A DNA stretch of 51,557 nt from positions 1-51,557 of the IMG/VR virus record IMGVR_UViG_3300028887_000011. One strand, given 5' to 3'. Position 1 is the stretch's first letter. Each line of letters starts with the position of its first letter. This DNA comes from a virus. The position numbers and the translations under genes are program-made. A model generated the notes under the pieces. The model saw only the letters and a list, made by a program, of their open reading frames with translations, was not told where the DNA came from and did no database searches. Shown piece by piece: positions 34,533-42,879 of the stretch.

Positions 34533-35629
34533 TTCCTCCAAGATTTATAATTTGCGAATATCAAAATGGAATAATTCCAATAGCAGAATTTGAAAATTAT
34601 AATTCAGCAGTTTGGGGTGTTGCTTTTTCAGAATTTTACAAGTTTCAAATACAAGCATTAATGACAGAAGATAATGTTGATATTTTGAAAGTTGGAAGGC
34701 TAATATGCGATACTCAATATGGAATTAGTGGGCTTATAGAAATTGTAAATTATGTAAAAAATGAGAATGGTTCTATAAGTATTATTGCTAAAGGACGAAC
34801 TTTAGAATGTATATTATCATACAGAGCTATTTCAAGCATCGAGATTTTTAAAAATACTAATGTAACAACAATTATGTATAATTTGGTTGATAAGCATATA
34901 ATAAATCCAGTAATTTCTGAAAGAAAAATTTATGGATTTATTAGCTCAAGTGATGAACAGGCTGGGCCAATTATAACAACACAAATTACAGGTAAAAATC
35001 TTTATGACTTTTGTAACGATTTAGCCATTAGTCATAATTGTGGATTTAATGTTACAATTGATTTAGCTCAATCGGCATTTGTGTTTACTTCAAAATCATA
35101 TGTCGATAAAACAATAAATCAGAACATATTGCCTCCTATAATCTTTAGTAATGAAACTGAGGATATATTGACTGACGAATATTATATAAATAAACAGGGA
35201 TATTGTACTATGGCTTATGTGGCTGGTGAAGCCAGAGAAGGTGAACAAAGAACAATGATTGAGGTGAACAAAAATCCTGAATTGACTGGCTTCAATAGGC
35301 GAGAGTTATTTGTGGATGCAAGAGATTTGCAAACTGAATCAGGAATGACAGAGCAAGAATATGAAAATACATTGGAGCAAAGAGGCTTGACTAAACTTTC
35401 TGAAAATGATATTGTGGAAAGCTTTAGTACAAAGTTGAATTTATCGAGAATGAGTTTTGGTGAGGACTTTAAAGTCGGCGATAAGGTAACAATATTTGAT
35501 TCAGATTTGGGAGTCACCACCGATTCTTTATTGACAAAGGCTGAGCTGATAATTTCTGCAGATAAAGGTGTAGATTTATCGGTAACGTTTGGTAATAGTT
35601 TACCAAGCTTATACAAAAGAATGAAGTAA
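34523..35629 (+). CDS. Tail tip/baseplate protein (Tal position)
   Basis: Synteny. GGAGGTG upstream. Confidence 0.4.
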   Translation: MLLVPPRFIICEYQNGIIPIAEFENYNSAVWGVAFSEFYKFQIQALMTEDNVDILKVGRLICDTQYGISGLIEIVNYVKNENGSISIIAKGRTLECILSYRAISSIEIFKNTNVTTIMYNLVDKHIINPVISERKIYGFISSSDEQAGPIITTQITGKNLYDFCNDLAISHNCGFNVTIDLAQSAFVFTSKSYVDKTINQNILPPIIFSNETEDILTDEYYINKQGYCTMAYVAGEAREGEQRTMIEVNKNPELTGFNRRELFVDARDLQTESGMTEQEYENTLEQRGLTKLSENDIVESFSTKLNLSRMSFGEDFKVGDKVTIFDSDLGVTTDSLLTKAELIISADKGVDLSVTFGNSLPSLYKRMK

Positions 35630-35641
35630 GGAGGTTTAAAG

Positions 35642-36910
35642 ATGCCAGAAAAAAGTGGATTTTTTGATGCCGTATATGTCAATGGAACTTATGATAGAGT
35701 GTATAATGCTGATTCTTTTGCAGATTATTTTTCATCGTTTATAAGTAATGGTGTTTTTGCTGGTAAAGAACAAGAATTGCTTGTTGCATCAACTTCTCCA
35801 GCCGCCAATATGTCGGTTACAGTCCTTTCAGGCAGAGCATATATAAAAGGATATTGGTACCAAACAACCGAAGCTAAAGTGTTAAGTTTGTCCGCTTCGC
35901 ATCCTACTAACTCAAGAATAGATTCGGTAGTTGTTAGACTTAACCATAATGACAGAGCAATTGGATTGGCAATAGTTGAAGGTGAAACTTCTGCATCACC
36001 AGTTCCACCGACACTTTCACCAAATGAAATTCAATTGGCAACAATAAATGTATCGGCAGGAAAAACTGCAATACTTAATTCAGATATAACAGATACCAGA
36101 TGGGATAAAAATGTTTGTGGAGCTGTCGGTGCAATTGTTAATCAGATAGATACAAATGATTTTTATAATCAGGTAAATGAGCTTTGTAATTATTATTATG
36201 GATTAGCAGAAGGTTCGTATAATACATATCTTACCAGATTGCAAACTTTGGTTGATGTTATGGAGCAAACAATAATTGAAGGAGATTTATCTGCTTTACA
36301 AGTTGAAGTTGCCAACAAACTGAAAGCTCCATACAAAAATATATCAAGCGGTTTTGTTTATGAAGATGAAAACGACGATGTATATTTGGTTCCACCAAAT
36401 GGGTTAGGTGGAGAGGTTCAATTACTTGAGGATGTTGATTTTTTTACGGAAGCTGAAGATACAAATACAATAGCTACACAATTAATAAATATACCAATAT
36501 ATCGAAAGGTGCAAAAGTGCTTAGTGTTTTTGCAATTTGATTCAGAAATAGAATTGGACAATGAAAATGGACCAATGACTGCCATGTTAAATTTCAATGT
36601 GGAAGCTTTTGGAGGTTCAAGCGAAGAAGATTACCCTGTAAATATATTTTGGCCACAAAATGTAGGAGATGGAACAACTTTCAAAAATAGTCATACATTT
36701 TGTTTTAGTTTTGAAAGGGCTACTCCTGGTATTCAAGGTATTTTTATAAGTCCAACTATAAGCATAACAAATGGTACATTGACGGCTTTAAAATGTAAAG
36801 TAAAAGCAGTGACTTTAAATCATTCATCTGATACAACAAGTGCTATGTTTACAACTGATGGTCAATTGGTTGTAACATCTAATGGCCAATACATTTCACC
36901 TAATACATGA
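35642..36910 (+). CDS. Putative tail fibre / receptor-binding protein
   Basis: The N-terminal SGFFDAVYVNGTYDRVYNADSFADYFSSFISNGVF motif recurs in Gram-positive phage fibre proteins, as I remember them. Confidence 0.45.
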   Translation: MPEKSGFFDAVYVNGTYDRVYNADSFADYFSSFISNGVFAGKEQELLVASTSPAANMSVTVLSGRAYIKGYWYQTTEAKVLSLSASHPTNSRIDSVVVRLNHNDRAIGLAIVEGETSASPVPPTLSPNEIQLATINVSAGKTAILNSDITDTRWDKNVCGAVGAIVNQIDTNDFYNQVNELCNYYYGLAEGSYNTYLTRLQTLVDVMEQTIIEGDLSALQVEVANKLKAPYKNISSGFVYEDENDDVYLVPPNGLGGEVQLLEDVDFFTEAEDTNTIATQLINIPIYRKVQKCLVFLQFDSEIELDNENGPMTAMLNFNVEAFGGSSEEDYPVNIFWPQNVGDGTTFKNSHTFCFSFERATPGIQGIFISPTISITNGTLTALKCKVKAVTLNHSSDTTSAMFTTDGQLVVTSNGQYISPNT

Positions 36911-36962
36911 TGATATAGCCTTAATGGCTTTATCAAATATATTTTAAAGGAGGTATTTCTAT

Positions 36963-37511
36963 ATGGAATACTCATCAAACGCAAAGGGAAATCTTGGTGT
37001 CACTCTTGGAGCCGTAGGTACTGGCCTTGGTCTGCTTGATGGAGGTGCAAGTCTTATCGGAAAAATGCTTGGAGGTGGAGGCGGTTCAATTAATGGTTCT
37101 CCCGAGGATAGACCTGTTACTCGTTATGAGATGGGACTTATCAGAGAATCAATGGACCAGAAGATTGAAAACAGTTATCTTAGAGGACAGCTTGATACCG
37201 CAGCAAAGTTTGAAGGTGTGCAAAAGCAGTTCACAGAACAGGTTGGCTTCAATGCTTCTATGAGTGCTAATCTCAATGCTGTTGCAGGTCAGACAGCAGA
37301 CCTCAATCGTCGTTTTGACCGTCTTACAAGAGAGTTTGTGCCAAATGAAAATGTTGCTCCTGGTTGGGGCAGAGCTAATGTTCAGCCGGCTCCTCCACTT
37401 CCACCATATCCTTATGCTCCTTACGGTCCTTATGTTCCTTTTTCACCATTTTTCCCACCTCAGCCACCTCAGACTGAAACCACACAGTCTACTACTTCAA
37501 GTAATGGTTGA
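36963..37511 (+). CDS. Gly-rich N-terminus / Pro-Tyr-rich C-terminus protein of unknown function
   Basis: GVTLGAVGTGLGLLDGGASLIGKMLGGGGGS ... PPLPPYPYAPYGPYVPFSPFFPPQPPQ. AAAGGAGG upstream. Confidence 0.6.
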   Translation: MEYSSNAKGNLGVTLGAVGTGLGLLDGGASLIGKMLGGGGGSINGSPEDRPVTRYEMGLIRESMDQKIENSYLRGQLDTAAKFEGVQKQFTEQVGFNASMSANLNAVAGQTADLNRRFDRLTREFVPNENVAPGWGRANVQPAPPLPPYPYAPYGPYVPFSPFFPPQPPQTETTQSTTSSNG

Positions 37512-37522
37512 TAAACAAATTT

Positions 37523-37550
37523 CCTCTGCTGGCTTAAATGCCGGCAGGGG
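37523..37550 (+). terminator. GC-rich hairpin, putative terminator
   Basis: CCTCTGCTGGC-ttaaat-GCCGGCAGGGG gives 11 bp including 2 G-U pairs. No clean U-tract. Confidence 0.4.
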
Positions 37551-37575
37551 TACAAATTATTAAGGAGAAAAGAGA

Positions 37576-37965
37576 ATGAAGAAAATAAATGCAGAACAAT
37601 TACTTAGAGGCTTTGTGAAATATTTAAATACAGAAATAATTCCTTGTGTCGATGATACTTTTACAAAGTTGTTACTCAGGACATTTACTATAACGGTTGA
37701 TTCAAATTCAAAAGCATACGAAAAAGTAATTTCTGATTTTTCAAAATCTGGATTTATTGCAGATATGTTGCATGTAGAAAATGATACTTTTGAAATTGAA
37801 ATGTTAATTGATGCTTTAAGACAGGCAGTAAATGAATGTGGAGAGTTGGTTGTAAAAATTCCACCAATTAAATTTGTTTCACCAGAAGAAAAGACATTGA
37901 GTTTTAATGCGGCTGATATTTCAAAACTCAAGCAATATTTTACCAATGAAATAGAAATGAAGTAA
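37576..37965 (+). CDS. Hypothetical protein (129 aa)
   Basis: AAGGAGAA upstream. Confidence 0.55.
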   Translation: MKKINAEQLLRGFVKYLNTEIIPCVDDTFTKLLLRTFTITVDSNSKAYEKVISDFSKSGFIADMLHVENDTFEIEMLIDALRQAVNECGELVVKIPPIKFVSPEEKTLSFNAADISKLKQYFTNEIEMK

Positions 37966-37979
37966 TGGAGGTGTTTCGC

Positions 37980-38279
37980 ATGGATTTTTATGAGGAATTA
38001 CAAAAGAGGGTTGAAGCAGAAGCGAGTGACAAAGATGAATATTTGGAGTTAGCAAAGATTGCACCTACAGAAAAGGCAAGAAAAATTTTAAAAGATATTG
38101 CATCAGAAGAAAAGATGCATAGAAGATATTTGCAGGAGCTTTTGGAGGAAAGGCCAAGTTCAGATTGCAAATCGGAAAATAAATCTGGTTCAAATTCAAG
38201 ATTGGATGCAGATAACAACATCAGCTATCCGTCTCATATTGAGAACGTTGGAGTAGACCCCGACGAACTTATGGACTAA
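37980..38279 (+). CDS. Small ferritin/rubrerythrin-like helical protein
   Basis: EAEASDKDEYLELAKIAPTEKARKILKDIASEEKMHRRYLQELL fits an E...Y..LA...ExxH half-ferritin pattern. ATG 37980 lies 6 nt after GGAGGTG. Confidence 0.4.
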   Translation: MDFYEELQKRVEAEASDKDEYLELAKIAPTEKARKILKDIASEEKMHRRYLQELLEERPSSDCKSENKSGSNSRLDADNNISYPSHIENVGVDPDELMD

Positions 38280-38292
38280 TGGAGGTGTAACA

Positions 38293-38571
38293 ATGGAAGC
38301 TTCTTTAGCAACAATCATAGTGGCAGTAATTGGTTTTTGTGGTTCGATAGCAACTACAATAATTTCTAATATTTCTATTAACAGAAAAATGCAAGAGCAA
38401 ATTGTTACAAGTCAGGCCGTTACTAATGTAAAGTTAGAAGAACTTACAAAAGAAGTTGCAAGGCATAATCAGTTTGCTGAAGAAATACCTGTAATGAAGT
38501 ATAGACTTCAGCAAATTGATTCAGAGATTGCAAATATAAAATCTGAATTGCAAGGAAGGCCAAATAATTAA
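38293..38571 (+). CDS. Small membrane-anchored coiled-coil protein (N-terminal TM)
   Basis: LATIIVAVIGFCGSIATTIISNI followed by a charged helix. GGAGGTG upstream. Confidence 0.55.
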   Translation: MEASLATIIVAVIGFCGSIATTIISNISINRKMQEQIVTSQAVTNVKLEELTKEVARHNQFAEEIPVMKYRLQQIDSEIANIKSELQGRPNN

Positions 38572-38594
38572 AAAATAAAATTTTCAAAAACCTA

Positions 38595-38623
38595 TTGACA
38601 AATGAAAAATTATGTGGTATAAT
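38595..38623 (+). promoter_or_regulatory. Consensus promoter P6 with extended -10
   Basis: TTGACA 38595-38600, TG 38615-38616, TATAAT 38618-38623. Confidence 0.8.
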
Positions 38624-38686
38624 GTAATCAAGATAAAACAAACCACACAAACCGAAAGGTTTAAGTTCTCAGAGGAGGAAAAGAAA

Positions 38687-38926
38687 ATGAAAGTTTTAAA
38701 AAAGGCAACACAGAAAAATGCAATGGTAGATACTGAAATGTATTCAGAGCGAGAGCTGAAAAGCATGGAGGCGCTTGGATTCATATTCAAGATAGATGAA
38801 AATGATGTTTACCGTGTAGGACTTTCGACAGGTGATGAACTGACAGTAATTTACAATGAAGAGTATGGTTTTTATAATACTGTTGTAAAGAAGAGCAGTA
38901 TAGGCACAATTTATGTAACATTATAA
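38687..38926 (+). CDS. Hypothetical protein (79 aa), sole gene between P6 and a hairpin
   Basis: ORF 38612..38926 trimmed to ATG 38687 after AGAGGAGG. The longer ORF would start inside the promoter. Confidence 0.6.
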   Translation: MKVLKKATQKNAMVDTEMYSERELKSMEALGFIFKIDENDVYRVGLSTGDELTVIYNEEYGFYNTVVKKSSIGTIYVTL

Positions 38927-38937
38927 TTATACAATAT

Positions 38938-38956
38938 GGGGAGGCAATCCCTCCCC
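38938..38956 (+). terminator. GC-rich hairpin GGGGAGG-caatc-CCTCCCC
   Basis: 7-bp G/C stem right after the stop codon. An A/T tract follows but there is no immediate U-run. Confidence 0.45.
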
Positions 38957-38998
38957 TGAATCACCAAAAAATTTTTTCAAAAAATTTTCAAAAACCTA

Positions 38999-39027
38999 TT
39001 GACAAACACAAATTTACGTGATATAAT
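38999..39027 (+). promoter_or_regulatory. Consensus promoter P7 with extended -10
   Basis: TTGACA 38999-39004, TG 39019-39020, TATAAT 39022-39027. The upstream A/T block is duplicated. Confidence 0.8.
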
Positions 39028-39164
39028 TAATACATAAGATAAATCAAAACCGAATCAATCAAATGGCTTCCGCATCTCAGAGTAGAACGAAGAACCAACG
39101 GAGTGAATGGGAGCAATAGTTTCCATAATCCATTTGAGATTCAAAGTTTCAAGGAGGAAATATT

Positions 39165-39479
39165 ATGGCTGCAAAGGTAAAAAATGAGACATTAAAGAAG
39201 CTTACACACGAAGAAATCAATAACCTTGGTTTATTCGATATCGGAGTTGTATGTGTAAAGGGAATTGCAAAGGCAAGAGTGAAGGGATATAAAACAACCC
39301 TTAAATCAGAAACAGAAATGCATTACACAAATGAAGAAAAGAACTTCAGGGTGGAACTCATAAAGTCAGCAGATGAAGAGTTTACAGGTTGGTCGTTTAG
39401 ATACTACGACATGGCTAAAGAAAAATATGAGTTTGTATATCTGCCAATGATAGCTTGCGAATTTGTAAAACCCGAATAA
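39165..39479 (+). CDS. Hypothetical protein (104 aa)
   Basis: CAAGGAGG upstream. Preceded by a ~137-nt leader. Confidence 0.6.
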   Translation: MAAKVKNETLKKLTHEEINNLGLFDIGVVCVKGIAKARVKGYKTTLKSETEMHYTNEEKNFRVELIKSADEEFTGWSFRYYDMAKEKYEFVYLPMIACEFVKPE

Positions 39480-39577
39480 GTGCTTAGACAAGATGTATGA
39501 TGGTCGCATCGATAAATAAGTACCATTGCCATTCCCGAAAGGGATATAAAATATTAAGATTAATGGAGGTCATTATT

Positions 39578-40063
39578 ATGGCAAATGTTGAAAAGTTTAC
39601 AGTTAAGGAACTCAGAGAGGTTGCAAAGGACCTTGGCATCAAGGGCAGATGGGACATGACAAAGGCTCAGCTTATTGAAGCAATTACAGGAGCAGAGAGC
39701 AAGAATGCAAACACAAACGAAGCAGAGAGTGCTACAGAAGAAAAGGTAATTGACAATGCAATACCTGCAGAGATTGAAACAAAGGAAGAAACACCAATCA
39801 GCAAGGTAAGTGTTGAGCAGAAGATGTCATACATCGAAAATATCAAGATTGGAACAATTGTTGCATTTAAGCTTTCAGATAATAAAGCAAAATCTGCCAA
39901 GGTTGTCAAGAAGTCAACCAAGAACAGAAAGCTTCAGGTTGAAACTTCTTACGGTGCACAGTATGTCATTCCTTTCGAGAATGTTATATGGGTTAAGACA
40001 GGTGCTCGTTGGCCTAAGGGTGTATATCGCATGCTGAAGGGAATGAACGACAATGAAGAATGA
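39578..40063 (+). CDS. Protein with an N-terminal Rho-N/SAP-like motif
   Basis: FTVKELREVAKDLGIKGRWDMTKAQLIEAI. ORF 39497..40063 trimmed to ATG 39578 after TGGAGGT. Confidence 0.55.
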   Translation: MANVEKFTVKELREVAKDLGIKGRWDMTKAQLIEAITGAESKNANTNEAESATEEKVIDNAIPAEIETKEETPISKVSVEQKMSYIENIKIGTIVAFKLSDNKAKSAKVVKKSTKNRKLQVETSYGAQYVIPFENVIWVKTGARWPKGVYRMLKGMNDNEE

Positions 40064-40586
40064 TGGCAAAGCAGACAAAGAGTACGAGGCATGGAAACAG
40101 TCTGTAATTGACTTTTATCTGATAGGCAAAAATTTCAAAGAGCAGAAAATCGCTTTTGATAAAAGAAGGGAAAAATTCTATGCACAAGCAGATGAATATT
40201 TCGTAGATAAGTCTGAAACAAAAGAAATTTTTGCCACAGATGATTTTTCTTCGCCTGCAATTTGTACAGTAAACAAGGTTCAGCATACTGTGGTCAATTT
40301 TGATGCTGATAAGCTTGAGGATAAATTGGGTAAGGAATATTGCCAAGAATTTATCAATAAGTCCTACGAAGTACAGGATATGGCTGGCTTAATCGAGTAT
40401 CTGAAATCATGCGGTGTAAGTCCAAAGAAATTCAAGAGTTTTTTAAAGGTGACAAAGACAGTTGATACAAAGAAAATTGACCAGCTTTTTTTAACCGCCA
40501 AACTTTCTGAAAAGGATGTCGAAGGATGCTACACAGCCGAGAAAAAAAGCAGGTACTACACAGTGAAAGTGGAAAAGAAAAAGTAA
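40053..40586 (+). CDS. Hypothetical replication-module protein (177 aa)
   Basis: ORF only. No NTP-binding motif seen. Confidence 0.5.
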   Translation: MKNDGKADKEYEAWKQSVIDFYLIGKNFKEQKIAFDKRREKFYAQADEYFVDKSETKEIFATDDFSSPAICTVNKVQHTVVNFDADKLEDKLGKEYCQEFINKSYEVQDMAGLIEYLKSCGVSPKKFKSFLKVTKTVDTKKIDQLFLTAKLSEKDVEGCYTAEKKSRYYTVKVEKKK

Positions 40587-41539
40587 TTTCAGAAGGTGAA
40601 AAGCTTGCAAAAGTTTTATGGTATTATAACCTGATACCAAGTGTTCAATCAGGGACAGACAAAATTGTTTGTCCATTCCATGAAGATGTTAACCCAAGCA
40701 TGATTGTAAATTATCAAGATGGTTCATGGTATTGCTTTGGTTGTAATTTATCTGGAAATGCACAAAGATTTGTCTCCCTGATGGAACAGAAATATAATGG
40801 CTTGAATGACCTACAGGCTTTATCGAAATATCACAAAATACTGAAATCAAAAAAGTGCAGTAATATCAAGCTTAAAGTGAATCATAAACAACAGAAATTA
40901 GCAAAGGCTGATTTGTATAACGAAGCATGTGATTATTACTATGGATTGAAAACAGTAGACTGGAGATATTCAGAAGAACAAGAGGTCGTAGAAGCCAAAG
41001 CATATATGAATAAACGAGGCTTTAAATCTTATGTTTTAAAGAAGTGTAAAGCCAAGATAACATACAATAAAAGTTATGGTTTGATATTTCCTATGCTTGA
41101 CAATGGAGAGTTTAAGGGCTGGGTGTGCAGGACAATGCTGGCTGAGATAGAAAAGAAAAGAAAGTATCTTTATAATACAGGCTTTTCAAGGGCTACTACG
41201 TTGGTAGGAGATTACGGTAGCAAAGATTATGTTTTCGTAGTTGAAGGCTATATGGACAGATTGAAATTCATTCAATTTGGAGAAACAAATGTGGTGGCTA
41301 TTCTCGGCTGGAAAATGACTACTCAGCAGATTCAGAAGTTAAAAGATAAAGGAATAAAAACCATAGTCAGCGCACTTGACAATGATTCTTGTGGCAAAAG
41401 GGGAACAGAATACTTGAAAGGATTTTTTAAGGTTGTTCGTTTTCGATACCTTAAAGGAATAAAGGACCCAGGAGAAATGACAAAAGAATCATTTGACAAG
41501 ATGTATAATAAAACTATAAAAAGCTTAAAGGAGAAGTAA
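40526..41539 (+). CDS. DNA primase (CHC2 zinc finger plus TOPRIM), with no helicase domain
   Basis: VCPFHEDVNPSMIV...WYCFGCNLSGN (CHC2). VVEGYMD and ALDNDSCGKRG (TOPRIM). No other in-frame start exists downstream of 40526. Confidence 0.8.
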   Translation: MLHSREKKQVLHSESGKEKVISEGEKLAKVLWYYNLIPSVQSGTDKIVCPFHEDVNPSMIVNYQDGSWYCFGCNLSGNAQRFVSLMEQKYNGLNDLQALSKYHKILKSKKCSNIKLKVNHKQQKLAKADLYNEACDYYYGLKTVDWRYSEEQEVVEAKAYMNKRGFKSYVLKKCKAKITYNKSYGLIFPMLDNGEFKGWVCRTMLAEIEKKRKYLYNTGFSRATTLVGDYGSKDYVFVVEGYMDRLKFIQFGETNVVAILGWKMTTQQIQKLKDKGIKTIVSALDNDSCGKRGTEYLKGFFKVVRFRYLKGIKDPGEMTKESFDKMYNKTIKSLKEK

Positions 41540-41542
41540 AAA

Positions 41543-42391
41543 ATGGGTTTACTCGATAAAATCAAATCAGATGTTGCTAAATCAGGCAGCAACAAAGGCA
41601 AGTTTATCTATTTCAGAGAAGGTCAAAAGGTCCGTGTACGTTTCCTCAATGACATGGACGAGGGCATGGAAGTAAAGTTCCATGACAGTTTTGAAAGAGG
41701 TATAAATGTTCCTTGTCAGGAACTGTTCGGCAGAAACTGTGCATATTGCGAAGATGATGATTTAAGAACCAGAAGTCAGTATGTATGGTCGGTATATGAT
41801 TATGAATCAAAGGAAGTTAAACTGTTCATGTTTGCAGTAAATAACTGTTCACCAATACCTGCTCTTATGGCAATGTATGAAACATATGGAACATTAACTG
41901 ACAGAGATTTTGTAATAACTGTGACAGGTAAGCAGCAGAACAAAACATTCTCTGTGGTTCCTATGGACAAAAACAAATTCAGAAATGAAAAGGCAAAACC
42001 TTTCTCAGAAAAGGCAATACTTAAAATGCTTGATAAGGCATTTCCTGCTGATGATTCAGACGACGACGAGGACGACGACGAGGACGAAGATGAGGACGAA
42101 AGACCTGCAAAGAAATCTAAGTCAACAAAGGGAGGCAATACAAGGGCAAAAGCCAAGGCTGAGCCTGAAGAAGATGATGCAGACTGGGAGGACGATGATG
42201 AAGCCGAGCAGGACTATTCAGAAATGACGCCTAAGGAACTTTTCAAGCTCTGCAAAGATAGAGACATTGAAGTTGTTCCAAAGAAGCCAGCGAAGTACTA
42301 CATCAACCTGCTTGAGGAATATGATGCTGCTCAGGAAGATTGGTCGGAAGATGATGAGGACGACGAAGAGGAGTGGGAAGATGATGAGTGA
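41543..42391 (+). CDS. T4 gp32-like ssDNA-binding protein with an acidic C-terminal region containing a HeH-like module
   Basis: VRVRFLND...KFHDSF...PC...NCAYC parallels the gp32 RFLP...H...C...CxxC zinc site. QYVWSVYDY corresponds to SYWANILVV. The tail ends EEEWEDDE. Confidence 0.6.
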   Translation: MGLLDKIKSDVAKSGSNKGKFIYFREGQKVRVRFLNDMDEGMEVKFHDSFERGINVPCQELFGRNCAYCEDDDLRTRSQYVWSVYDYESKEVKLFMFAVNNCSPIPALMAMYETYGTLTDRDFVITVTGKQQNKTFSVVPMDKNKFRNEKAKPFSEKAILKMLDKAFPADDSDDDEDDDEDEDEDERPAKKSKSTKGGNTRAKAKAEPEEDDADWEDDDEAEQDYSEMTPKELFKLCKDRDIEVVPKKPAKYYINLLEEYDAAQEDWSEDDEDDEEEWEDDE

Positions 42392-42818
42392 ATCGCAAAA
42401 TGGCTCGACACAGAAGAGGTCCCTTTCTGATTGGAATAAAATGATTGTTCCAAATGAAACTGCTTTTAGTACACTGTTTAAAATGCAGATGAAAAATCAG
42501 GATTTAATAATGTCCACAGGCTTGTATGAGGGATTTGTATATGAGCAAAAAGATTTGCCAACCGATGATACAAAATTGATGTCATATCATATTTTGCAAT
42601 TAATGTCAGAGATTGGCGAACTGCTTGATTCAGATAAGCGTTGGAAGAATTTTCGCAATGCAAAGTTTGAAAAGGACGAGAAGCTCATGGAACTTGCAGA
42701 TTGCTTTATTGTCTTAATGAACATAACAATATTTTCAGGATTTTCTGCCGATGAAATTGTGCAAGCAATTGCTGATAAGATAGTGACAGTGCGAAAGCGA
42801 ATAGAAGATAAGATGTAA
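42381..42818 (+). CDS. All-alpha NTP pyrophosphohydrolase (MazG / dimeric dUTPase-dCTPase superfamily)
   Basis: ILQLMSEIGELLDSDKRWKNF and KLMELADCFIVLMNI fit the ExxE...WK...ExxD pattern. ATG 42381 overlaps the end of the SSB gene. Confidence 0.55.
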   Translation: MMSESQNGSTQKRSLSDWNKMIVPNETAFSTLFKMQMKNQDLIMSTGLYEGFVYEQKDLPTDDTKLMSYHILQLMSEIGELLDSDKRWKNFRNAKFEKDEKLMELADCFIVLMNITIFSGFSADEIVQAIADKIVTVRKRIEDKM

Positions 42819-42826
42819 CAAAATCG

Positions 42827-42867
42827 GGAACGAGGAGTATGTGGTGTACTCCTCAGGTTCCTTATTT
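42827..42867 (+). terminator. Intrinsic terminator-like hairpin (13 bp with a 2-nt bulge) followed by TTATTT
   Basis: GGAACGAGGAGTA-tgtggtg-TACTCCTCagGTTCC, then TTATTTCT. Confidence 0.55.
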
Positions 42868-42879
42868 CTGGAGGGAAAA

